A stretch of 63,159 bases of DNA, counting the filler, from Hausera hauseri (taxonomy: Eukaryota), in the NCBI GenBank assembly GCA_046269625.1. It is 11 parts of 11 records of this genome, joined end to end, with 100 filler letters (N's around TTAATTAATTAA, not from the genome) between each part and the next. Parts side by side here need not be neighbours in the genome. Positions count along the whole stretch, not along the records: positions 1 to 4,429 come from JBJURY010587111.1; positions 4,530 to 8,730 come from JBJURY010704660.1; positions 8,831 to 13,590 come from JBJURY010447135.1; 8 more parts are not named here. One strand, given 5' to 3'. Every line of letters starts with the position of its first letter. Positions within the stretch are counted from its first letter, which is position 1. Of this stretch, positions 1 to 11,900 are shown piece after piece. The notes below the pieces were generated by a model. That model was not told where the DNA came from and ran no database searches. It saw only the letters and a list, made by a program, of their open reading frames with translations. The position numbers were made by a program, and so were the translations under genes.

Positions 1-497
1 GGTAAATTCATCAACACACATTCCAATCTATCCAAATAACTTAATTTTCGAAAAACTCAAAATCCTCCGTTCTAAATTAGGCATATAGTTTCCATACGAC
101 TTATCTTTTGCTAAAACAACAATTGAAGATTTCGATCTAAATAATTCATTAACAATGAGTTTTGTAAAAATATAATTTATTAGAATTTCACAATGAACAA
201 TCATTTCAATTGTGTTATTATAAATATTTACAATTTTCCTACCATAAGGAATAGTAGAAACATCTGGTGATGACATAATAAGCATGTTCATTTTATCTTT
301 TAAATACAAATATAATTTCCTCACGCAGGTAATCCTTTCAGCAAGGCACTGAATATTACGATCTAATGGGGGATTCTCTTGATTTAACATCCTCTTATCT
401 GATAAGACTAACTTATGTTTAAACGTTTTATCTATATATTTATTTATTGGACGATACCTTTCAACAGATAGTTGGTTACTTTTTTGTATTTAATTTT

Positions 498-1001
498 TCA
501 AAGTATCGTTTGCAATGTTATTATAGGTCTGACGCGATATAAATATATAAAAATTTTTGTAGAGAACTTTGAAAAAACTGGGATTATCTTTATAGAACCT
601 AATACATAATTTAAAAGGATAGCGAGATTATTTTGTAATTTTTCCCAATGAATTTTGCCGCAATGATTATCAACGGGAAGCTTAAAACGGGAAGCAGAGA
701 CGGGTGACAATAACATATACATCAATGCATAATAACTGACCTTATTTTTGGTTAATTTTGTCATCTCCTCAATCTTGTCTCTTCTGATTCGATTCCCGAA
801 TGCGATATCGTTGATTCCGTGCCTTCCATGTCCAGCGGTCCTTCGATTGTAGAGTAGAATTTTTACTATATCAGTAAGGTATAATTCAGTTGCGTTTCTA
901 TAATCTCGGATTGTTTCTGTCAATATAATGATTGTTACGGATTTTTTAAGGGGATCCGATACCCCATCGTAATCAGCATTTGTGGCTCTAAGGAGAGCCA
1001 T
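498..1001 (-). CDS. Hypothetical ORF (167 aa)
   Basis: ATG-initiated ORF downstream of the PPIP5K remnant; no motif recognised. Confidence 0.25.
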   Translation of the reverse strand: MALLRATNADYDGVSDPLKKSVTIIILTETIRDYRNATELYLTDIVKILLYNRRTAGHGRHGINDIAFGNRIRRDKIEEMTKLTKNKVSYYALMYMLLSPVSASRFKLPVDNHCGKIHWEKLQNNLAILLNYVLGSIKIIPVFSKFSTKIFIYLYRVRPIITLQTIL

Positions 1002-1099
1002 TTACTTTCCCAAAATTTTTATCAATCCAAATTCGGTTAATCTGTTTAAAACTGATCTTTTTCAGATCTTTTTTGAACTATGCAAGGCTTTCAACTAAC

Positions 1100-3010
1100 A
1101 TCCCTTTTTTGTTGTAAGATTCCCGATTTGTAACAATTGTTCCTCGAATAATTTCCTCTGTTCTGTCAAAATTGATATTTCATCATCAAGAATTTTTGTT
1201 TTTTTTTACATATTTTCGAACCAATTTTTACTTCTTCAGCAGTTACTCTATATTCCTGTGGCACAATTACGTCGGCTGAACATTTGGCGAGTTTTGAAGA
1301 AACTCCCAACGATTTCCGAATGAAGTAATAGCGGGTTGTGAAGCAAATCGTATTTAATATCAGCATAAATGTCGGGAGTTTTTGTCAAATCGTGAGATTT
1401 ATTTAACGTAAAATCTTTTATTAGTTTTGTCCATCGACGAAGTAAAAGCTGCCATGATTCTCTATGGTATAACGGAATATTGGTAAACTTTTTTGCGCGA
1501 AGTTCCTGAAGAAACGACAAATACTTGGTCATATAGAACTGTAGTCGTTCGCACGTTCTTACAGGCGTCCATAAATACAACGCAATGCTGCAATTAAAGC
1601 TTTGGATTTACACGGTACAATGCATTTAAAATCTTCCTCGGTAAAATCTTTGTCTTCTGATAAAATTTCGTAAATTTTAGTATTGACTCCTGTTCGGCTT
1701 TTTTCGGAATCTTTCGAATAATTGAGAAGACCACTCGTATTTGCACTTTTGACCATTTGCACTAAAATCGGAGGTAACTCTCCTTCTAATGCCAGGAATC
1801 CTTTCGTAAATGCGGTCGCTGTCATTTGAACGCGACATTCGACACTGGCATAGATTTTTCAAGTCGTGTCTGTAGGTGCTGTGCAATCGTAATAGACCTT
1901 GACCCGCTAATTCCTCCAACAATCCTGTTCTTCCCAGGAATAAGCAACGAAGTGCTCGACCAAGTTTTGCTGATTGGATTTTTCCGAACTGTGTAAGTTC
2001 ACTTCTCCATTTCAAAATTATTAAAGGACTGGTGCTATTCGTTTCTGTACAGCTTTTACTATTTACCAAGTATTTCATTTGGACTTTTCTGTTTATTCCA
2101 CTAAAACGGCCATATAGTTCCAAAACAATTCTCATCTGTTCAAATTTTTGTTTTTTCTCTTCAATTTCACGATCGTATGTCTTCCTTAATTTGCATTCCC
2201 GGAGAAAATAAATAATAATTCCTAGTAATTCTTGCAATTGCGATGGCTTTTTCAATTTCAATTGAATATCATTCGGTGTTGCTGCGTACTCATTAAACAA
2301 CTCATGAAACTTTTGATGATGTACTAAAAGTTTCAATTTCCGTTTTGGTATCCGATCCTCATGTCTTATCACAGCTGATATACACCGTAACTCCATGATT
2401 GTTCCATGCGTCATTTTAACCAGGTTGTACGAATTTTTAGGACGTTGTTGTGGAACAGTTTGATCCGTTGCACTCAAATCCCATGGGTAGATTCCTCTTG
2501 AAATTATCAGACTTATTAAGTAACCACAATTGTCGAAATATTTTTTTGCGTTTTAACAAAACTAAACCCATTCACATCACAAACGTAAGGTAACCTATTA
2601 GCTCTCAGAAGATCAAACCCACATTTTCTTTGTTTGAATATATTGACAACTTGTTTAGCTATAGTTTTTTCTGTGGGGGATAAGATGATAGTCGATAGCA
2701 GGTGATTTCCTTGTTTCTGAGTGGGCGTAATCTTCGCCAACAGTGTAAGCCTTAATATCCGCACCGTCTGTTGGAATAAATTCCTCGTAAATATATAGTC
2801 CCACTCTTCGTATGGTGTTTATTGGAACGTATCGACTACTTTTGTTTCCAATTTTTTGGAATAATTCTTGTCGACCACCATCAGCACTACTGGGAAAGTA
2901 AACGAATATGTCATGATTTTCAGCATCAATTTGTTTTCCAACAAATTCGTAAACATCATTACCTCAATAATGTTTATCTTCCTCACGTAATAACTGACAA
3001 TCGTTTTTGA
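1100..3010 (-). pseudogene. PPIP5K: PPIP5K/Vip1 inositol pyrophosphate kinase-phosphatase, frameshifted and truncated
   Basis: Collinear motifs across several frames: [48 protein letters not shown] (ATP-grasp kinase), ELRCISAVIRHEDRIPKRKLK (RHGDRTP acid-phosphatase motif), GLLRLHSTYRHDLK, TAFTKGFLALEGELPPILVQMVKS, RESWQLLLRRW, PDIYADIKYDLLHN, ADVIVPQEY. Confidence 0.9.
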
Positions 3011-4013
3011 AATATTCCTCCGCTTTATCACATAATTCCATCGTTGATTTGAACCATTTGTAAAAACACATTTGCGTTCTCCGAATTACTGATTCAATGA
3101 CTCCTTGGTCATATTCGGGAATCGTTTCTCTACATTTAATAAAATTCCAATCATCTATGAGGATTTTCAAACATCTCTGATCAATTTCCAAAAGATTTCT
3201 CGAATCATCAATTGCAATGACGAGTAGATTTGTTAGATTTTCCTTATTTTCAACAGATTCCAAAGTAATAATTGAAAACGAAAGAGATATGTTTCTGTTC
3301 TGTGATCTCGTTATTATTCGTATTAAAACTCGTATTACTTTCTTTATCTCTTTACTCACCTTTTGATCCTCAGTAATGCAGCTGAAATAGGATAGTAATT
3401 CACAAACGATATCACTTGTATTACTTTCAGTATATCGATCTTTAGAATGAATAAATGAATAGTATGAATAGAGAGTGAGTAAATCCACTGATTTGTGTAA
3501 ATATCCAACGAATTCAATTAATTTTGAATGATTAATAAATCCAATACAACAGTTGCTGGTCTCGACCAGATTGCAATATCTCAACGACTCAATGTTTTCT
3601 TTATTCCGACAAGAAATTAAATTCTGATCACACAATTGCTGGTAAATCTTTTTAAACTTCACCAATATATGATTATGAATTTTCAAAATCACAAAACAAT
3701 TAAAGTCACAGTTAAAACGATATTTCAATTGAAAAGATATAACTGGCACTAGACTTAATAAATTCACTGATTTATATAAATATCCATCTTGATTTCTCAA
3801 TTTTTGGCTGTTGTATAATTCTATCACATCATTCCTCTTAAAGATTACATTTGATTTCCTTTTATTCTCGAATTGTGTCCCACCTGAGATGCCAATAATT
3901 TTTCGTCTCAGAAGTTCACTCTTTCGTTTATTTATTATTTCTTTTTCTTTCTTATTCATTTTCTTCAATTTTCTTTCTTTTTTCATCATCACATAATTCT
4001 CTTTGAATTTCAA
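2964..4013 (-). CDS. Hypothetical 349-aa ORF whose last codons run into the PPIP5K remnant
   Basis: Long ORF in AT-rich DNA with a Lys-rich N-terminus. Only the C-terminal NDCQLLREEDKHY resembles PPIP5K. Confidence 0.45.
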   Translation of the reverse strand: MKFKENYVMMKKERKLKKMNKKEKEIINKRKSELLRRKIIGISGGTQFENKRKSNVIFKRNDVIELYNSQKLRNQDGYLYKSVNLLSLVPVISFQLKYRFNCDFNCFVILKIHNHILVKFKKIYQQLCDQNLISCRNKENIESLRYCNLVETSNCCIGFINHSKLIEFVGYLHKSVDLLTLYSYYSFIHSKDRYTESNTSDIVCELLSYFSCITEDQKVSKEIKKVIRVLIRIITRSQNRNISLSFSIITLESVENKENLTNLLVIAIDDSRNLLEIDQRCLKILIDDWNFIKCRETIPEYDQGVIESVIRRTQMCFYKWFKSTMELCDKAEEYFKNDCQLLREEDKHY

Positions 4014-4429
4014 ATTAACAAATCAATTTCAACGATATCTAATTGTATTTTATATATACATTTACAAAGTATCTCTTTTACAACAATAAAACAAAAACTC
4101 ACACAGATTACGAGGAGATTTATATCATCAGAGAATTTGTTATTACAATTTATTTTCATGATCCTGGAGCTTGATTATTACAATGACTTATATAGAAATA
4201 TATATATATTCACGTCATCTACACTGATATACACCACCGTCCGCCGTCTCAACTCCCCGTCTCTTTCTTCAGTTAACTATTTTGGTGTATACAATCACTC
4301 TTAATAGGAATGAACTTTTCTTTTGTCTTTTCTGTTGGGATTTTTCGACGTAAACATTCTTTACATTTTCCATTAATATCTTCTACTTCTTTTGATAAAC
4401 CGGGAACTATGAAGTGATGTTGAATATAT

Positions 4430-4529
4430 NNNNNNNNNNNNNNNNNNNNNNNNNNNNNNNNNNNNNNNNNNNNTTAATTAATTAANNNNNNNNNNNNNNN
4501 NNNNNNNNNNNNNNNNNNNNNNNNNNNNN
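4430..4529. other. Artificial contig linker (N-TTAATTAATTAA-N, stops in all frames)
   Basis: The same 100-nt linker recurs at 8731-8830, 13591-13690, 19436-19535, 24107-24206, 29286-29385, 36765-36864, 41481-41580, 45657-45756 and 51229-51328. Confidence 0.98.
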
Positions 4530-4683
4530 CGCCCATCCCACTGCCCTACCCGCCCATCCCACTGCCCTACCCGCCCATCCCACTGCCCTACCCGCCCATT
4601 TCACGGCCCTACCCGCCCATCCCACGGCCCTACTCACCGATCCCACTGCCCTACCCGCCCACCTCACGGTCATACCCGCCCAT
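4530..4683. repeat. 21-bp C-rich minisatellite (CCCGCCCATCCCACTGCCCTA)n, about 7 copies
   Basis: Directly visible tandem repeat at the contig start; explains the GWAGRAV-repeat ORF. Confidence 0.95.
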
Positions 4684-5769
4684 CATCCTAAATCGTTATC
4701 ATCATGGAATCGTTCATATTTGGAGATGAATCAAAACGGATCGAGTTTGATTGACTGCAGCTGGATCCGTTTGATTTTACACGTTGAAATTTTCATTTAT
4801 ATACTCAGTAAATATTTTAACGTAATGCCATTATATAGTTCCAAAAAGTAAAAATTAAAAATATATTTTTGGTGATTCAAATCAATATATAAATACGTAT
4901 ACTCATTCAACAATTAATTAAAAACGTTGGATTAATTAGTTCGTAAATGGACAACTGAAATCAATTTCATACAATAAAGATGCAAAGAAGAATATCGTTG
5001 TCCACTATCTATCGACAGTTGCAACTGAAAACAAAATATCGTTTATTTTAAATAAACGTCAGAGAATAAAACTTAAATGGTCCAAACAAGAATCACAAAT
5101 AATCAAATTCCAAGAGTTTAACAAATTTGCTATTCTCAAGATTTAATACAAGTCATAGATTTTATACAAGTCATTTTCCCACAACAGGATATCAATATCA
5201 TACCTACATATAAATCCTGGTCATTAAAAAATGAAATAAGGAAGTCAAATAAAGATCAATGAAAATGGAAGTCATGTCCCATGAAAGACAAAAATATTTG
5301 CCGGAAGACATATCTACTACAAAATCGAATGTACAAAAGTCCAAAGCATTCTATTCGAAAACTCCACACTCGAATTTTGATCATTTCAATAAGAGTGAGT
5401 CATATGTTTTCAAGCATTTTAGGACTGTCAAAATTAACATTTTAGGAAAAATGACCATGATCCAGTTGGCTTACGAATACTAAAAACTTTTTATATCAAA
5501 CAACAAAAGCCGAAAATAAATAACAAAGAAGATGCACACGAACTGACGAGAAAACCATCTAAATATAGAAACCAATAAAACGTTTACGTAATTACGCAAT
5601 ACCCAAATGATATATATAATTCAAAAAATTTGGTGTTTGCCGAAATGTCGATCAAAAACATATTTTGCAGTATCGGTCTTTATTCGGAACAAATTTTAGT
5701 TTTACAAGTTTTATTCAATTATGCTACTTAGAGAACATTTGTATATTTTAATTATCATATTATTCAATC

Positions 5770-6324
5770 TGATATTCACCGAAAGAAGATTTTGCTGTCA
5801 ATTTGGTGGGATTGGAAAGATGCGGTGTATTTTGAGCCACTTTCAAGTAACCAAACGATCAATACAAATGTGTACTGTTAACAACTGGAGAAATTAAATG
5901 CAGCGGTCAACGAAAAACGGCTAGAATTCGTCAGTCGTAAAAGTGTCGTTTTCCATAAGGATAATGCTAGACCACACGTATCCTTGGTCACTCACCAAAA
6001 ATTGATTGGGAATTGATGTTACATACACCATATAGTCCTGACCTAGCACTATCAGATTACTATTTATTTCGATCTTTGCAAAATTTCTTGAATTGTAAAA
6101 CTTTCAATGATGATGACGCCGTGAAATCGCATTTGGTTCATTATTTTGCCTATAAATACCAGAAGTTCTACGAGCGTGGAATCATGAAATTGCCAGAAAG
6201 ATGGCAAAAGGCCATCGATCAAAATGGAAAGTATATCATTGATTAAATTTCATTGTAAATATAAAAATAAAATGTTTTGTTTGTATGAAAAAATCGGCAA
6301 TTACTTAGTTGCCAACCCAATATA
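5770..6324 (+). mobile_element. Mariner (DD34D) transposon, 3' half with right TIR, inactivated
   Basis: KKILLSIWWDWK, HKDNARPH, HTPYSPDLALSDYYLF and LPERWQKAIDQNGKY, with a stop and a frameshift. TIR-like CGGCAATTACTTAGTTGCCAACCCAATA at ~6295-6322 followed by TA. Confidence 0.92.
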
Positions 6325-6519
6325 ATATAAATCAACAAGTTTTATTATCAGTGACGCAACAGTACAAACAATTGAGCGACAAAATACGACAGTATCGACT
6401 TTTCGATTATCGACCGTCAGGGTGTGGGTCTTGATCCATAATATTTGTTTTCCTACGATTGTTACAATTTGGGATTCTCTATTGTAATTCTCATAAATCG
6501 TATTCTCTGGAAACAACTT

Positions 6520-7337
6520 ATCAAGGTGGTCTAAACAAATTAATTAACGCATTTTGTTTGTCCACAAGGCTAATTTTGTTTTTTGTCACAAAAATTATAA
6601 GTATACAAAATTTTAATTCAAATAGACACAGCTTAGGGGTCGCCCAACTTTGCACAATGTTTAACTGCAGCAGATTAAACTTAATCATAGTCTTCTGAGC
6701 ACATGACAAATAGTCAGTGGTCTCTTACATAACAGCTGTCTTTGATGCAGAAGGAAATTTCTTTCGGTGACTTGCCACCAGTCGATGAACAAACTGTTTC
6801 TGTTCTTCATCAACTCCACTCATACTGCAAGAAAACACGTTCCGCTTTTCTTTTGTAGAAAATCTCGATCTTCTTCCTTTTTCAGTTCAGTCCAAACAGC
6901 TGCTTGAGTTCACTTTTGAAGATTTCTTTGTTCTGTCTATCGCTGACTCTCACGCCAAGTTGCAGCACTCAGATAAAAATCCATCCCATGTAGCAGACTT
7001 ACTGTTGACAACTGATAGGCAGATTTCCAAAGAAGCCAGTTCTTGGGTACCGGTCGCAAACTAGACGATGCCATAGAAACTAACTACTCAATCATTTGAA
7101 TTTAAATCTGACAAAATGTTTGTTTACAAACGCCATACCATTTAAACAAGGCAGCTGACTCACAGCGGCAGCTACAGGCAATGATTTAAACTGAAACGGG
7201 GCGATCTCAAAATATTATTCAATCAAGCTGAAATTTTACAGATAAGTAAGACATACGAAGTGGACAAAAAATACGCCTTGTGGAGAGAAAATTTGACAAT
7301 GTTAATTGTTTTGCATACTACTGTGGACCACCCTACT
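6520..7337. mobile_element. Possible degenerate Tc1/mariner-type non-autonomous element
   Basis: Imperfect inverted ends CAAGGTGGTC (6522) and GGACCACCCT (~7325); no ORF. Confidence 0.3.
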
Positions 7338-7789
7338 ATGTATTCATAATTGCATATTTTGTGCAATTTGTCTTTTGCACGATGTTGAATTACTCTTTAA
7401 GGGATTACACTATTATCGATCAATAAATTGTCGTATCCGTAATATTAACTTGACGATATTTACAATGTTATGCTATTGGTTGTTCGAAAAGTAATTTCGT
7501 TTTTCCCCAACAAGACTTAAATGTATTTTTTCACAACCAAAGTAGGGGGAAAATGGGAAGTCTGCGTCACTCTCGGGGCGGGTTGTGAGAAACGATAAAT
7601 CGATGAGCACAAGTGCCAATCGATAGTGCACATGGTACACTATCGATCGGTAGTGTGCTAGGCGACGGTGCCGTTAGGCACCGTTGCTAAGCACATTTTT
7701 GCACATTTGACAAATCGATCGCTTCACATTGCACAGTTGATCGAATCGATCGGAACAAAGTGATAATCGATTGTGCACATCAGTGCACA

Positions 7790-8730
7790 TCGATTGGTGC
7801 ACAGTGCAGGTTCACTGCACATGTACAAGTGTGCAAAAATCAATAATATCGTATTTCCGATATTTCCAATATTGATGATTAGGGCACGGCACCGGGTGAA
7901 ATCGGTAGCACATATGATGCACTATGTGAATGTGCAGTTAGAATTTAAATCGATTGAGTCGATTTCGAATAATTCCAAACTGAGGGAGAACCCGCATAGG
8001 CCTTTCCACTATAAAATAAAAATCAATAATATCGATCCGGGGCAAGTACTGGTAGGTAGTACACACGGTGCACTACCGATATGGAAATGCTCAACGTGGA
8101 GGTGTCCTTGGATACGGTTGCCAAGGCACTTTTGCACATTTCACATATTTGTCATTTTATAGCGTAGGATTGATGGAATCGATCGGGACCAAGTGCAGGT
8201 AGATAGAGCATGTCGAAGTGCATCTTTATATATACTGCGCAGGTGCGTAGCACATGTGCAAGTGTGCAAAAATCAATAATATCGGTTTTTCGATATTTCC
8301 AATATTGATGATTAGGACATGTGACTGGGTGCATTCGAACTCAAACATGGTGCAGTACATGAATGTGCAGATAGAATTTAAATTTATCGATTAATTATCG
8401 AATAACATAGAGGGAGAACCGCTACGAATGGTGAGTTTTTTAATTGTGCTCCTCAAAATAATTGGTTGATTTTTAGATGTGCAATCTATATAAACAGTTC
8501 TTGGTTCAAATCCACGAGCCTGGAAATTACCACAACGTTATGCAGAAATACTTCAGCCATCTATACAAGTGGGCTGAGTATTATATATACCTAACATGTG
8601 AGGTAGTGTACCAGACCAAATATGAAGACTTACAATGCTCATAAACAACACCTGATTCCTTTCACCAAGTCGAAAAAACAATTATTCAGTGCAAATATGC
8701 TAATAACGACTTTCGTACCAAAGGAAAATC
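7790..8730 (+). mobile_element. Polinton/Maverick-related segment (upstream repeats and 5' end of the pPolB region)
   Basis: Blocks at ~7855-7970 and ~8290-8405 match 36878-36995. 8428-8730 matches 37631-37920, the region leading into the pPolB pseudogene. Confidence 0.75.
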
Positions 8731-8891
8731 NNNNNNNNNNNNNNNNNNNNNNNNNNNNNNNNNNNNNNNNNNNNTTAATTAATTAANNNNNNNNNNNNNN
8801 NNNNNNNNNNNNNNNNNNNNNNNNNNNNNNTACCCCTGCGATAGCTGCCGCTCCAACAGCCAGGCCACACAACTCCCACCAATAGGAGTTT

Positions 8892-8965
8892 GCGGGCACT
8901 TGGCTTCTCCATTTTCGGGGTACTAAGCCCCGGGACCACGTCAAGGCGGCCGGCATCCCTGGGGG
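8892..8965 (-). ncRNA. ingi/L1Tc-type 5' signature (Pr77/79-bp hallmark), HDV-like ribozyme fold
   Basis: The minus strand reads CCCCCAGGGATGCCGGCCGCCTTGACGTGGTCCCGGGGCTTAGTACCCCGAAAATGGAGAAGCCAAGTGCCCGC. This closely resembles the T. brucei ingi 5' signature as I recall it (CCCTGGCGATGCCGGCCACCTCAACGTGGTGCCAGGGTCCAGTACCCCG...GAAGCCAAGAGCCAGC). P1, P2 and P3 pairings can be drawn. Confidence 0.8.
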
Positions 8966-11900
8966 CGTGAGGCTATTTGTATGGATCTCTGGGCAGGCGG
9001 GTGGTCGTTGAGGACAGTGTGTGTCTGTTCGGGCGAAGGGGCAGATGGGAACGTTCCGGTTTGTAAAACTGTCCCGCGCAAATAGTGAGATGTTTGTCGG
9101 ATAAATATTGTTAACCAGTCCGTTGCTTCCATTAAATTCTCGTTGGCTAATGATGTAAGTGTGTGCATTCCCAGTAACTGCGTGGTGATTTCGGACATCA
9201 CTTGGCTGTATTGCCTGCAATGAATTGTGTTTACTCCTTTAAAGGGGTCCTATGCGTGCCTGCGGCATGTTTATTATTTGCCGCCATTTCACTGGGAGAG
9301 ACAACCTCTTGTGCCAGTTGTTTGCCGTTTCATCGGTGTTTTGTCTGTGCTTTGTGTGGTGTCGTCGTTTGTCCGTGACTGTTTTCTGTTGCTTCATCTG
9401 CGAGCGGATGACATTCTTGTTTAGTATTGTTAGTAACCGGTCACATCGTGATCACATGTCGCAACTACACTGTGTCGCTATGCCCTCTTCTTTGCGTGTC
9501 AGGGCGAGATTTGTCGGAGTTGATTTGTGATGCCCAATGTGCGTCTGTCGTCTTATAGTTGGGGTCTCGCTTTTGTGTCTTAGTCGTTTCATTGCTGCTG
9601 ACGGTCGATCAGGCATCCATGCGGGCGCTGGGTATACCATTTCCCGCCCTGTAGCGGCTAATTTGTTTGTGTGTTCATTCGAGTTTACACCGCAACGTCA
9701 ATAAAGGTGTTCAAAGCGCATTAATATTTCATGTTGTTTAACGATGAGTAAGGACTGTTAGACATTACGGATCGTTCCGCAGTCTCTGTTTCAAGTACCA
9801 GAGCGTACCTGTTGCAACAGTGTTTGTTAGGCAGTATAGAGGCACAATTACGCATTTCCGCTTCCTATGAAATTTACTTCTCGCTTTGCTGCCATTTCAA
9901 GGCGACAAGGCGCCCCTAAATCAAGAATTGAACCCCGCGGAACCAGCCAGTTTGACACAGCTTTGGATAAAGTCTCGTTTGTGGGATGAGGTTTTGGCTG
10001 TGCAGGATCTTCCTCCTGATTTACAGAGCCATCAGTCCATAACGCGCCTGCAGAGCTGTCACAGGTTTTTCATTTGACGTCTTACGAGTTGTCTTTCACA
10101 CAAGCACCGCATGTGGTTGTGAAATGTCATGCTGTAGAATACATGTGCTTGAAAAATCGCGAACTACTCAGATGTTCTTTTATTATAAAGTTAAAGTCGA
10201 GGGCGCTGGGATTCAATAATGAGAAGGAAGACAGAACAGCAACGAACTTGCCTAGTGATGTGGATCAAATCGCTCCTGTGTCGTTATCCACCACTTGTCT
10301 CTGATTTGTTTGCTGTCTAAGTATTATTGCCTGCATATAAATATGTTTAGTTCTTTCAAATGATGAAAAGTAGTTTTTGCATTGAGATCTGGTAAAATGG
10401 GTTGTACACATAATCCTGTCGTTAGCCTTCAGCATCCTCCTGTGACCAAGTTTTGCAGTTGCTGTGTCGGACCTTTGCTTCTACCAGCATCGTATGCCAT
10501 AAGCAATTCGACTGCATGGCAATGTTGTAGCGAATGTGAGAGGCACCGCATTTGTTAATCTTAAAGTGCTGCCAGATATTATTGCCGAATTTTTGAATAT
10601 CTGGTTTATTCAACAGAGATCTTTTCGGAATATCTGCTGGCACCTCCGTGTACTTGTTTTGTTACTCAAAGGACCTTTTGATGTCGATTTTAATCCGCTT
10701 TATCTTCTGCACACCACAGCAAGAGTTTGTCTGTTCATTTGCACACAAGTATCGTCTAGCTTGTTTTTGCAGTGTTTATTACCATATGGTTCTCTTCTGA
10801 TCATTGTTATATAGTCTACAATCGCTGTTGTGGAGTTGCTTGCATAGTAGAGTTTGTTGTACCATAGCAGAGAATTGTCAAAGCGTCAGTAAAGGTTCCA
10901 TGAGCTAACAAAACTATTTCTTTAGATGCATACTGATGTGAGCCTATTGTGAAGAAAACGGAATACTGAAAATAACGTATACTGCGTCAGTTCTCTTGCA
11001 AAGGATTCGTTGAGAGATTACTTTTTCTGCTTGTACTTGTGCATCTAGCTCATAGTAGAATGCGACTATGTAGTTAGTGCGGTACTAAATTACTTAAATG
11101 TTCTGAAGCTTCCCAATCCCTATCATTTGATCCACGGTGTCAAACGCTTTGTTGCAAGCATCACACATCTTCTTTTGCGTGTCTTGGGCACATTTTCCCC
11201 TGTAGCTTGCGCTGCAGCTTCATGAACATATTGACCGTTGAGTAGTCGTTGTGGAATCCAGATATCTCATTATTGAGTTGTTGTTCTACGTGTTGCTTTA
11301 ACCCTGCCCATACAAGTTGTTCTAGAGTTTTACAGATATTGAGGGAGTGTGCGACTGGTTGATAAGATTTTAAGCCTATTGGCATCCGCTTGTATTTTCA
11401 CAAACGAATTGCACTGCCTCGTTATTATTGCGCTGGGATTTCACTGCGTCGGAGACTCTTACCACACATTTAGTTGAGAAGAAGATGAAATATTTATGTT
11501 ATTGTTTGGGGTTTTTTTCTGTCTTTGAGTTTGTGAGAGCGTTTGTTAATTCATCTTTTGACACAAGCACATCATTTCGATGTGTTTTGATTAATTTTTT
11601 GGCGCCAACAAATGTACATGTAAAGCGTTGGCAGAATGCTTCAGATTCGCTTGCAAGTGTTGAGTGGCATGTGCTTTTTGTGTTACCATCTTACCTTCGA
11701 CGACTAGAGCTTGCGTTTTAGTGTCACGTGGAGCATACATCGTGTTAATCATGTGTCCTCTAAACTTGTTAATTGTTACTAGTTCTTGAATGCGTGTTTG
11801 CCAACTTGCAGCATATATACTTTTCAGAGCAAGCGAGTGCTTTTGGGTATAATCCTATTATATTTCACTCCTGGCACTGGTTTCTCCAACTCGAGCTTCA

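Noticed and set aside
4430-4529. Recurrent TTAATTAATTAA motif between N runs as a biological repeat
   Set aside because: It is a fixed-length synthetic linker with stops in all frames.
4482-4673. GWAGRAV-repeat protein
   Set aside because: It is a translation of the 21-bp minisatellite.
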